Shown piece after piece: positions 25,771 through 37,497 of a stretch of 64,000 bases of DNA (position 1 is the stretch's first letter; each line of letters starts with the position of its first letter). This DNA is from Octopus vulgaris. Its lineage: Eukaryota. The stretch covers positions 156,798,001-156,862,000 of the forward strand of contig OX597817.1 of the NCBI GenBank assembly GCA_951406725.2, read 5' to 3'. Below the pieces are notes generated by a model. That model had not been told where the DNA came from, did not search any database, and saw only the letters and a program-made list of their open reading frames with translations. The position numbers were made by a program, and so were the translations under genes.

Positions 25771-25985
25771 GGAGTAAACACATAAATGTGAAACAAGGTG
25801 GAAAAAAGAGTACTCAAATACCAGTGGTAGAGTAATATGCTTTATTTAAAGCAGCAGAAAATTCAACAAAATCTGTTACTCTGAGTTTCTCGTTGCCGTT
25901 CATCAGACAAAAAACTGTCTGATGAACGGCAACGAGAAACTCAGAGTAACAGATTTTGTTGAATTTTCTGCTGCTTTAAATAAAG
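25769..25985. mobile_element. Penelope-like palindromic insertion in (TA)n with minimal hammerhead motif
   Basis: Perfect 70-bp arms 25840-25909 and 25916-25985; ctgt-CTGATGA-acggcaacga-GAAAC-tcaga-GTA-acag. Confidence 0.7.
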
Positions 25986-26016
<31 letters not shown>

Positions 26017-27226
26017 GCCAAAACCTTCCCAGGTGAAGAATGCATCCTACGACATCGATTAGTAGTTAGCGACTTCAGGATCAGGGCAAATGGATGCCCC
26101 GATGACAACCAGCATGGAGGAAAATAGTCTGGAAGCTTAATGATCCTGCGAATGGACAGAGATTTAGAGATGTTTTACTCAAAGCTTTTAATGAAATAGA
26201 GGAGGATATAGCATCACATGATGTGGAAGACAACTAGAAGTTTCTACGGGACTACCTGTTGAGGGCCCCTGACGAGATCTGTGGATGGTGCAAAGTCCCC
26301 TCTCAACTCAAGGAAGAAGCAAGCTTCTTAAACATACACCCACACTTATCCCTATTGTGTTAAAGTAGTTGTATGTTGTTCTATAAATATGATTGAAATC
26401 ACTGCATAAAACGTAGATAGTATATGGTTACCCAGGTAATTCAGTAAAAATTGTAGAAAAGTGGTTATATTGGCGTGTGATTTCAGGCCTGCATTTTGAG
26501 TTGTTGTGGAGGTCAGTTGTAACAACATACAAGCTGTTTTGATTTTTTTGTAAATATTAAATTGCCATCAATGTTAATTATTTTTTAGGTGATGAGGCTT
26601 TGAATGGATGTGGAGGTGAATGGTACTGTGGTTTGCTTAGTTTGTTAATAATACTGTTAAATGTTGGGATGGATGGAAAGTTAGGACGGTGACAGAGGTG
26701 GGAGTGGGTAGAAAAGGTGTGGGTTAGCCAGGTTGGATTATTTGTTTGGTGGGGAATGGGATATGTTTGAAGTTTTGTTATTTAAATTGCAAAATTAAAA
26801 TTAAATATGTCACACACACAATATATATATATATATATATATGTGGCTTCTGTGCCGGTGGCATGTAAAAGGCACCAACTGATCGTGGCCGTTGCCAGCC
26901 TCCCCTGGCACGTAAAAAGCACCCACTACACTCACAGAGTGGTTGGCGTTATGAAGGGCATCCAGCTGTAGAAACACTGCCAGATGAGACTGGAGCCTGT
27001 TGCAGCCTCCTGGCTTCCCAGACCCCGGTCGAACCGTCCAACCCATGCTAGCATGGAAAACGGACGTTAAACGATGATGATGATATATATATATATATAT
27101 GGCTGTGCCCCAAACAGGTGGTCATGAGCTTGGTTTCATTGTGTGCATATCATCTGCAGACTTTTTTATTTTTACAATTAATGATACAGCATAATTGGTT
27201 TAGGTACGACCGACACGTGTTTCTGT

Positions 27227-28700
27227 TGCATAGGCAATTAGCATTTGCATCCACCTATTTTCAACTAGGCTCCTAGATCTGTCACAAATGTAGTTCAAAG
27301 CAAACTGAGTGTATCTATGCATGGCAAATGTATTTTGCCAGGTTACTATGGTTTCAAATAGAAAAATAAAGGAAAGGAGATGGAGATTTAGAAACTTGAC
27401 ATGGCTATAAAAATTACAGTGTGGTTGACCTTATCCTGACCTTATGTTTAGGTTTGAAACTAAGAGTTCTAAATCCTAAGTAGGTCAAAGTGTATTCCTC
27501 AATGTTTATACACCTGGCAGGTACCAGATGGGATTAAACAAAATCAAATTAAATTCTATCAAATTAGATTAGATACATGTGGTATGAGAATCTTATATGA
27601 TATTTTAATTTAATTTCATAAAATCAAAATATCTTTTTTAAAATGTCTCATTAAATTAAAATATACAATTGCAGCGTGGAAGGTGTTTATAAGCCATTTA
27701 AGAAACACACAAAAGCCGTTCGATTCACTTCAACATTTAAGTTAAATTTGTCAAAATATTTTCGTCGCTAAAATCCGCGACCTGTTCACTGACAAAAATC
27801 CGTGCTGCATCTCCCCTCGGATTTTTGTCAGTGAACAGGTCGCGGATTTTAGCGAAAAATATTTTGACAAATTTAACTTAAATGTTGAAGTGAATCGAAC
27901 GGCTTTTGTGTGTTTCTTAAATGGCTTATAAACACCTTCCACGCTGCAATTGTTTTCGTTTCAGCACACGATCTCAGATCAAATTACTTGCTATGCAAGT
28001 ACATCTCCAAAATTAAAATATCTTTTTAAGAAATCATAGCAATGCACATAAAACTGAATATAATCTGAAACCCAATCAGACAGGAAAGGTTTCAAATTGC
28101 TCACATAAATAAGTTTCTTATACCACATGTATATAATTTAATCTGATAGAATTTAATTCGATAATATTTGATCTGATGCAGTACCTGCCTGTTTTACAAA
28201 ACATTAAGAAATACACTTTGACCTATTTTAAGGTCTACAACTCTTAGTTTTAAGCCTTTGGTATTCAAATTTCTCTATTAAATCTAATGCTTTTTCACTC
28301 AAATTGTTTTGAATTAATCATGCATTATGTTATAGCTTTGAGGTTTCAATGATATGATTGTTTATTTTTAGAGTGTCACTATAGGTTAGGTGTGAGAGGC
28401 TAGATATGGCCAGTTTGAATATAAAACATGCAGAATATTTGGGCTGGTTTAAACACCAAAGGGTTAAACTTAAACCTCAGGTTGGGACGAGTCAACCTCA
28501 CTGTAATTTTTATAGCCATATGAAGTTTCTAAATCTGCACCTCACTTCCCTTTTTCTATCTAAAACCATAGTAACCTAGCAAAATACATTAGCCATGCAT
28601 AAATACACTCTGCTTTGACCTTCATTTCTGGACAGATCTTGAATAAAAGTACCAAGTTAAAAATAAATGGATGCAAATGCAACTGCTAATTGCCTATGCA
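27227..28700. repeat. Large diverged inverted repeat (~370-bp arms) with nested insertions
   Basis: tgcataggcaattagca... (27227-27600) is the reverse complement of ~28110-28700, with a MITE inserted at ~28250-28467. Confidence 0.8.
27665..28009. mobile_element. Penelope-like palindromic insertion (~138-bp arms) with variant hammerhead motif
   Basis: Arms 27665-27802 and 27818-27953 plus 3' extension; flanked by direct repeat aaattaaaatat. Confidence 0.7.
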
Positions 28701-28729
28701 GTAAAAGAATCAAAGAAAGAAAAGGATAA

Positions 28730-28730
<1 letters not shown>

Positions 28731-28777
<47 letters not shown>
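28731..28777. repeat. (TA)n microsatellite
   Basis: Direct reading. Confidence 0.95.
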
Positions 28778-28780
<3 letters not shown>

Positions 28781-28784
28781 CATA

Positions 28785-28960
28785 CAGGGGTTGGACAAAA
28801 TAATGGAAACACCTTAAAATTTCAAACAAATTAATTTTAATATGGGGTAGGACCGCCTTTTGCTGTAATTACAGCTTGAATTCTATGAGGTATGGACTCA
28901 TACAAAGTTTGAATTGTTTCCAAAGGAATTTTTGTCCATTCTTCAGCTAAAAGAGTCTTC
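28785..28960 (-). mobile_element. Tc1-like transposon 3' end
   Basis: TA + caggggttggacaaaataatggaaacacc TIR; C-terminus EEWTKIP...IQAVITAKGGPTPY. Confidence 0.85.
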
Positions 28961-29109
28961 ATGGATATGAAGGTTGATCCAAAGACCATCAGAAATGCTG
29001 TACGCTCTGATTTATATTTGGGTTCAAACATGAGGACCCTGAGACACATAATAAAAATAATGAAATTATTGTATACAGTGCTCAGATGCACCACAACTTG
29101 TCAGAAAGT

Positions 29110-29460
29110 GCATATAAAGTACATGCGGTAATGTAGAAATGTCTGGAAAGCGAACAATGTATGAGTCAGATACATGCTTGTGTGTGTATGGAGGGGAGAA
29201 AATCAAGTGTAGTGTTGGCGAATCTCAGGAAGCATGGAAGTTTTGAAGGATGCAGTGCTCCGACAACTAACAACAGTTTGTTCCATGCTTCAGCAACTCT
29301 CAGCGTGAAAAAATGTTTCCTGAAGTCATGGGAGCTGTGCTGTTTTCTTACTTTGTAAATATGTCCACGGGTGTTAGATGGGTGGAGTTTGAAGAGGTGC
29401 TCAGAGTTATTGTTTGTACGATGGTTGATAATTTTATGGGTGTCTGCCAAGTCAGCTGCC
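29110..29460 (-). mobile_element. CR1-like LINE 3' fragment
   Basis: RGHIYKVRKQHSSHDFRKHFFTLRVAEAWNKL. Confidence 0.85.
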
Positions 29461-29469
29461 AGACGTCGG

Positions 29470-30540
29470 AGTTTGACGTATTGACCCATGCAGTGAAAGC
29501 TAGAAGGCACAAAAGGACCAAAAATGTGTTGCAATACCCAAAGCACAATGGACAAACCATCAAAATCTTTTCAGATGAAAATTCCTTTACCATTGATGCT
29601 GTTTCAAACCATCACAGTGATTGATATATTGCTAACTCCCCTTCTGAAGTAAAGCACATCTTTAGGACCAAGCACCCAGCTCAAGTCATGATACTCAGAG
29701 TTGTGGTGTCTGAGACGGAAAAAAGATACCACTCCATTTTTTCAAGTCTGGGGAAAAGGTGGGGGCTGAATCATCATCATCATCATTTAACGTCCGCTTT
29801 CCATGCTAGCATAGGTTGGACGATTTTGACTGAGGGCTGGCAAACCAGATGGCTGCACTAAACTCCAATCTTGATTTGGCAGAGTTTCTACAGCTGGATG
29901 CCCTTCCTAACGCCAACCACTCCGAGACTGTAGGGGGTTCTTTTTACATGCCACCAGCATGGTACTGGCAATGACCTTGCTCGAATCTTTTTACACATGC
30001 CACCAGCACAGGTGCCAGTAAGACGACGTTGGTAACGATCCCGCTTGAATGGTGCTCTTTTATGTGCCACTGGCATGGAAGCCAGTTGGCTGCTCTGGCA
30101 ATGATCACTCTCAGATGGTGCTCTTAGCACCCTACTAGCACAAGCACAAGTGCCAGTAAGGCGACGAACGACCACACTCGAATGGTGCCTTTTAAGTGCC
30201 ACTGAAGTTTATTATAAAATCCTGTGGTATAAGGTTTTACCTTGGCTGAAATCTAACTAACCCAATGGTAATTATGTGTTGACCTAAGATGGTGCTCCTG
30301 CTCATATGGCGAAGGAAGTGCAGAAATTCTGCGAAGACAGCTTCTCTGACTTTTGGTCTGCCAACTTCTGGCCTTCTTCCAGCTCAGACTTGAACCCCCT
30401 GGACTATACCATCTGGGGAAAATTGGAGCACGCTACCAACAGAACTTCACATCCAAGTGTCGATCATTTTAAGCAAATCCTGAAGGAAGAGTAGAACAAC
30501 ATGTCTGAGTACTTCCCCATGAAGGTGGACATATTGAATA
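29470..30540 (+). mobile_element. Degenerate IS630-Tc1-mariner transposase (DD37D/maT-like), interrupted by a family D repeat
   Basis: IFSDENSFTID, RTKHPAQVMI, DGAPAH, WPSSSSDLNPLDYTIWGKLE. Confidence 0.8.
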
Positions 30541-30553
30541 AGTTGTCTCTTTA

Positions 30554-31092
30554 TCTCTCTATATATAAACGGCAGTTTGTCTGTCTGTGTGTCTGTCAGG
30601 TTGTACCCTCACCCTGACCACGGTTTCAACCGATTCTGATGAAACTTGACACACACATAGCCCAATGTCATAATTCAAAACTAACGCAGCGAAAATTTTG
30701 AAAAGTTCCCCCAGTTCTGAAAAAAATCGATAAATTCGACATGGGGTCGAGAATCTAAGCTTTTTATATGCAACACATTTTCTGTTGTAGTTTTCGCAAC
30801 TTGCAATCGATTTTCACCAAACTCATGGTGAAGCTTAATGTTACCCTAAGAAACTTAATTCTGACGTTAGTTTTCCATGCAATACCTTACCATCAGAAAA
30901 AATCGATAAAATCATGCCATTTTGGGAAATCGCGTTTTCGCCCAAAGGGACAGCTAGGAACATCGTATACACAGAGAACATTGCAACTTACACATGCGCC
31001 TTCGTTCCCTAGAGGGAAAGGACTAGATTGGGATTAGTCGTTGCCTACTAAGGGCTCTTACATACCCGGGCAACGCCGGGCTATGCTGCTAG
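30554..31092 (+). mobile_element. Non-autonomous Helitron, family H1
   Basis: A^TC start, 3' hairpin cccgggcaacgccggg and CTAG^T; second, internally deleted copy 63031-63430. Confidence 0.85.
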
Positions 31093-31393
31093 TACTCCTA
31101 TAAACTTGTGTTAAAATTATATCTATGTCAAGTTGCTTGTTGTGAAATAAACAATTTCGTGAATTATCTATTATATTCTAAGTTTTGCTTCCCCACCTTG
31201 TATATATATCTATGTGTGTGTGTGTCTTTGCATTTGTGTCATGTTTCCCCACCACCACCACTGCTTCACAATTGCTGTTTATGTTCCAGACCTAAAAATA
31301 AATACTGACTTTGATTTGTTGAATTAAGCCTTTTCAAGGCTGTACCCCTGGATGGACTGAAACAAGTAAAAGATAAAATATGCACACATACAT

Positions 31394-31456
<63 letters not shown>

Positions 31457-31851
31457 CATACACACAAACACATATTGTGAATTAAAAACGTGACATACTT
31501 TAATAAATTTGTATGTATGAATGTTTGTGTGTGTAATCAACGTGTCCTACAAATACCTTTCATCACTAAATCTGTCTATCATATGTATTATTTATACTTA
31601 TGGTATGTTGTGAATTAAACATGTGACACATATTTTATAAAACAATGCTTAATAAGTGAATTGACCATGATTCCAACACAGTTGGAAAGACAAAGGCTTT
31701 GTAGAGTCACTCATCTAATTAATAGAATTAGTGACTAGACCTTTCTTAATCCTTTAGGGAACAACCTCCCAGACACTGCCTCTGGTTCTCTGACATAAGC
31801 TCCCTGTTTCATGTGATCTCAATTAAAACCTTCCTTCAAAATTCCTTGTTA

Positions 31852-32021
31852 CTCTTTTATTCGTTTCAGTCATTTGACTGTAGCCATGCTGGAGCACTGC
31901 CTTTAGTCGAGCAAATCGACCCCAGGACTTGTTCTATCGGTTTCTTTTGCTGAACTGCTAAGTTACGGGGATGTAAACACACCACCATCAGTTGTCAAGC
32001 GATGTTGGGGGGGACAAACAT

Positions 32022-32063
<42 letters not shown>

Positions 32064-32222
32064 GGCTTCTTTTCAGTTTCCGTCTACCAAATTCACTCAC
32101 AAGGCTTTGGTCGGCCCGAGGCTATAGTAGAAGAGACTTGCCCAAGGTGTCACACAGTGGGTCTGAATCCGGAACCATGCAGTTCATAAGCAAGCTACTT
32201 ACCACACAGCCACTCCTACGTC
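31852..32222 (-). mobile_element. tRNA-derived SINE family A
   Basis: Reverse-complement copy of the element at 37085-37497. Confidence 0.85.
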
Positions 32223-32802
32223 TATGCTAATATATATTCTAAACACCAGCTTAATAGTGATAAAGTTACTTCGCTAAGTTCTTCATTATTTTCAAATTTA
32301 ATTGAAAAAAAAAAAAAAGCACAGGTGTAGCTGTGTAGTAAGAAGTTTGCTTCCCATCCACATTTTTCTGGGTTCAGTCCTGCTGTGTGGCACTTTGGAC
32401 ATGTGTCATCTACCAGGGCCGTGATGCCAAGGGGGCAATTGCACTGGACCCTTGATATCAGGGTCCCCTTTCTACAAAAGATATGGAAGCTCAATACAGG
32501 GAGGCCCCTCCACTTCCCAGCAATTCTGCATGAAGAGGCCATCTTTCAAATTATAAACATCTCAACTTCTTAAAAAATGTAATAGCTTCTCTTCAATGAT
32601 AAATAACCATAGATTTTTCCACTTTAGTGACAGCAGTTTATTCAATAAAAAAAAATCACTTTGCAGACAGTATCTAGATTTTTCTACTTTAGAGACATCA
32701 GTTTCCTTACAATTTCTCTCTTGGGGACTGGTGCTACTGTGACAGAGAAGGAAAAAACTACTTACTCCTGAAAATGTATATTTGTTTGTATCTTTGTATG
32801 TA

Positions 32803-32837
<35 letters not shown>

Positions 32838-33740
32838 CTGTGTATGTGTGTATGAATGTATGTATGTGTGTGTATGAATGTAAATAGAAATAAAGAGAGT
32901 CAAGACTATTGAAAAGGTTGCAAGACTCAACAAAAATTTTAGGAAAATAAAAATAAGAAATAAGTGGAAATTTTACCGGTGAGTGTGTTACATTATAAGG
33001 CACAAAAAGAAAATGACTCTACCCAGACACAACAGAATATACTTCAACACACAAACTCATATAAAGAATCTTGCAAACCAAATCCAAAAAAGAAATAAAG
33101 AAATCAATTGAAAAAAAAATGAAGTTTTATTGTTTCTAGTTCAAATTCTTTCTTTCAATGCATGACTGAGCAATGACCTTTGAATGACCACTTGCAAATA
33201 AAGGCATGCATGCACACACACATGGACGGACATATATATTGTCACTTGTAAACTTTATTATTTCACTGAGGCATTGGAAACTGGTCTTATTTTATGAAAG
33301 AGCAAGTAATTAGGGAATATACGTCAAAATTTAAATTTTGAATTTTGTTTTAATTAGCAAACTATGTCTCTCAACAGCTCAAAGTATATATTTTGGCTTC
33401 AGAGTTATTGCTTTTATGTTCACATGTTTTTGATTAAATCAAATATTTTTCCTTCTTTCTTTTTTCAGCATTTTTTGTCATTTTGTCAAATACTTGAAAT
33501 TACTATAGGAGTCAAAATTAGTAACTGAGGTAAAACGAATAAATACCAATTCCTTGTTATTTTCTCACTACCTGTTTGAAACCATTTTACTGCAAGTATT
33601 GTATCGCCATTTTGTGCTGTTGCATCATCGTTGGGAGAAAGTATTGGTCCCCATAGTTCTTGTTGTAGCCGAGAGAGTTTGAAACATAGTCAGGCAACAG
33701 GTATATTTTTTCAAGAAATGTTTTGTGTGAATGGTTGGAA

Positions 33741-34125
33741 TGAAAGCACTCCGTCGGTTACGACGATGAGGGTTCCGGTTGATCCGGATCAACGGAACAT
33801 CCTGCTCGTGAAATTAACGTGTAAGTGGCTGAGCACTCCACAGACACGTGTACCCTTAACGTAGTTCTCGGGGATATTCAGCGTGACACAGAGAGTGACA
33901 AAGGCCGGCCCCTTGAAATACAGGTACAACAGAAACAGGAAGTAAGAGTGAGAGAAAGTTGTGGTGAAAGAGTACAGCAGGGATCACCACCACCCCCTGC
34001 TGGAGCCTCGTGGAGCTTGTAGGTGTTTTCGCTCAATAAACTCACAATGCCCGGTCTGGGAATCAAAACCGCAATCCTATGACCGCGAGTCCGCTGCCCT
34101 AACCACTGGGCCATTGCGCCTCCAC
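33741..34125 (-). mobile_element. SINE family B, full length
   Basis: Near identical to 9890-10276. Confidence 0.9.
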
Positions 34126-34129
34126 ATAT

Positions 34130-34420
34130 GAAAGGTTACTAAATGTGGAAAATGAATGGGAGAAGGAGAGTTTACCAAATATTGAACCAATTGAGGGACC
34201 AGCCATCACAGTTGATAGCAGCATAATAGGTAAGGCAATTAAGGACATGAAGACAGGGAAAGCCCCCGCTGAGAAGATTAAAATTTCCGGTGGCATAAGA
34301 TACAGCTTAGTCATCCGTATAGTTAATCAGGTTATTCGGCAAGGCACCATCTCCAACGACTGGTGTAGTAACATTATAGTTAGCTGCTATAAAGGTAAAG
34401 GTTATGCTTTAGATAGAAAG
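34130..34420 (+). mobile_element. RTE-type LINE RT fragment
   Basis: AIKDMKTGKAP...NDWCSNIIVSCYKGKGYALDR. Confidence 0.75.
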
Positions 34421-35548
34421 GTTTCCCTTGAAGCTCTTGGCATGGCCCTTTAGGATCTAAGATACAACACTAGGCTCATCGAAGGTGCCACAGTCCTGCT
34501 TGAAGGAGATTTAGACAAACCCTTCCCATGGTTCCAAAGGGGTCAAGAGCTGATGAGGTAAATGGAGCCGTGTGCAAAAGCTGAGATTCACAACCAACAC
34601 GAGACTGCAGCTCAGTGGTGATGATGCAGACAGAACCATTGCAAAGCAACTGCTGGATGTCGGTAATGGCACTTCAGTTGGTGAGAAGGATGGCCGGGAA
34701 AGCATGCCTTTTGGACATATGGTATCTGATTTAAAGGAACTAATGAATAAGGTGTTTCCTAACCTGAGGAATCATCATCGTTTAACATCCGTTTTCCGCG
34801 CTAGCACGGGTTGGACGGTTCGACCGGGGTCTGGGAAGCCAGGGGCTGCACCAGGCTCCAGTCTGATCTTGCAGTGTTTTTACAGCTGGATGCCCTTCCT
34901 AACGCCAACCACTCCAAGAGTGTAGTGGGTGCTTTTTACAGAAAACAACTGGTGGAAAACCCATGCCATTTTAGCTCCAAGGAATGTGATAGTTGACGAT
35001 TTGAACATGAAACTTCTGGAACAGTTACCAGGTGAGCATCACATCTACAATTCCATTGACACTATTCAAGATTGATGAAGCTGTGAATTATCCAGTTGAA
35101 TTCTTGAATAGTCTAACACCACCCCATCTCCCACTTCAAGATTGGGGCACCAGTTATGCTACTTTGAAACCTCAATCCACCAAAGCTTTGCGATGGCACA
35201 TGACTTATAATAAAGAAGATGATGCCAACAGTCTTGGAGACAACAATTTTGACTGCTAAAGCAAGCGGTGAGCCTGTATTCCTTCCTAGAATTCCACTTA
35301 TTCCCTTGGATATGCCTTTCCAGTACAAGTGCCTGTAATTCCCATTGAAACTGAGCTTTGCAATGAGCATTAACAAGGCCCAGGGTCAGTCCTTGGATGT
35401 GGTAGGTATGAGCCTTGCAGAACCAGTTTTCTCCCATGGCCAACTTGTGGGATGCTCAAGAGTCGGCAATCCTAATCATTTGTTTAGTTATGCCCCACAA
35501 GGAAAGACCAAAGATGTTGTTTATCAAGAAGCTCTGCAAACTCAATAA
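34420..35548 (+). mobile_element. Degenerate Helitron PIF1-like helicase C-terminal region
   Basis: QLLDVGNG, YPVEFLNSLTPP, FLPRIPLIP and KLSFAMSINKAQGQSLDVVG...VFSHGQL; frameshifted and interrupted by a family D repeat. Confidence 0.88.
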
Positions 35549-36387
35549 GATTCACCAAATCATCAGGTATTTATTATTTAACTCTAATATTTGTAAGTGT
35601 TGTAAATGTATTGATAATCTGTGTTATTTTACTTCTAAATTTATATGCAAATTTATGTCTACTGTAAAACTAAATGTCGGTGTCTGTTTCTACATTCATT
35701 GTAAATCTATTTCAACACTAGTGCCTCTAAGGGTTATATTCTCTGGGAATGCACAAAAGCCCTTTTCAGACCCACACAGGTATGTCCATACCTGTATTTA
35801 CTGATGGTCTTGCAAAGAGCTCAGTCTGTTTCATCAAATCTAACATCCAAACTCACTTCATCAGGGCCCCATAACTCTTACATGTATAAAGCCATGTGTT
35901 CCTGATGAAGTGAGTTTAGCTGTTGTAGCTAGACTTGTTGAAATAGGTTGAGCTATCAGGAGGGCTATTCACTTATGAATAAATGTATCCACTTTACTCC
36001 ACACATATGCTAAGTGCTTAACTGACACACACAGACTCAGACAGGCAGACAGACAGTCAGACAGACACACACACACAAACTGGGTGAAACTGTGCAATAA
36101 CATCAAAACAATTGTAATCTTTTTAGAAAAATTAAAAACAAAACCAGGTGTAATATTTCATTTAGAGGCATGTAGTCTTTATGTATGTATGTCATAATTC
36201 AGTTTATTTTTCAAGATTTCTTGCCAATAGAGAAAGAACCGGTTTCTAACTTAGATCCAAGGTTCTTTTATTAGAATCTCAACATCAACAACAGGGTATT
36301 TTTGTATGTATGTATGTGCAGATTTGTATGTTTTATGTATGTATTCTCATGCATATAGCTGCATATCTAGACATGCTCACATATATC

Positions 36388-36530
36388 TATATGATAAACT
36401 TCTGGAAAGTTTTACAGATTTTTACAGTTCCAGTGATGGATTGTATCTGTAGTCTTCGAATTAGCTTTCACCTTTCTGGCTTTGAGAAGCCTAATTTCTC
36501 AAGATTGGTATTTAGGCAGTGGGAGGTAGT
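36388..36530 (-). mobile_element. Possible RLE-clade (R4/Dong-like) non-LTR retrotransposon 3' end
   Basis: HCLNTNLEKLGF...LQIQSITGTVKICKTFQKFII* resembles the LQ..SI.GT.KI tail of RLE elements. Confidence 0.45.
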
Positions 36531-37084
36531 AGTTTGGCTATTCGTTCATGATATGTATGTGTGTGTGTGTGTGTACGTACGTATGTATGTGTGTATGCAT
36601 GCATGCATGCATGTATGCATGTATGTATGTATGTAGGTAGGTAGGTAGCTATGTAGGTAGGTATATGTGTATATGGAGTACTCTCCTTCACTGTATCTGT
36701 CTATTATATGTATTATTTATTATCTGTCTATTATATGTATTATTTATATACATGGCATGTTGTGAATTAAACTTGTGACACATATTTTATAAAACAATGT
36801 TTAATAAGGCCACTAGCACAACACAGTAGGGGAGAGGGAAGCTACACGATCACTTAACCAGCCTGCTAGAAATAGCAACAAAATCATTTTTAAATCACAT
36901 ACTATCATCTTAGAAAAGGGACATATTTGGGTATGTAGTCTGAAATAGTCTGAAAAAAATAGGGACGAGTTGGTCATGGACAGAACTCCTTTGATAACAG
37001 ATCTTCTTCATGAGTGCTGACCCGATGTGAAATAACAACAGCAAAAATAATGTTCATTGTTAACATACAAGTTAACATAAATAC

Positions 37085-37497
37085 AGGCGCAGGAATGGCT
37101 GTGTGGTAAGTAGCTTGCTTACCAACCACATGGTTCCAAGTTCAGTCCCACTGCGTGGCACCTTGGGCAAGTGTCTTCAACTATAGCCTTGCGCCGACCA
37201 AAGCCTTGTGAGTGAATTTGGTAGACGGAAACTGAAAGAAGCCCGTCGTATATATGTATATATATATATATGTATGTGTGTGTATATGTTTGTCCCCCCA
37301 ATATCACTTGACAACCGATGCTGGTGTGTTTACGTCCCTGTAATTTAGCAGTTCGGCAAAGGAGACAGATAGAATAAGTACTAGGCTTCCAAAGAATAAG
37401 TCCTGGGGTCGATTTGCTCGACTAAATGCGGTGCTCCAGCTTGGCCGCAGTCAAATGACTGAAACAAGTAAAAGAGTAAAGAGAGAGTAAAAGAGAG
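37085..37497 (+). mobile_element. tRNA-derived SINE family A, full length (CORE-like ccttgggcaagt, internal (TA)/(TG) tract, gtaaaaga tail)
   Basis: A box tggctgtgtggtaag, B box gttcagtcc. Other copies ~15240-15620(-), 39058-39240, 42050-42465, 44965-45360, 45775-45950, 48518-48842(-), 50856-51275, 51916-52085, 53455-53620, 58611-58995, 59660-59855(-), 63814-64000. Confidence 0.9.
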
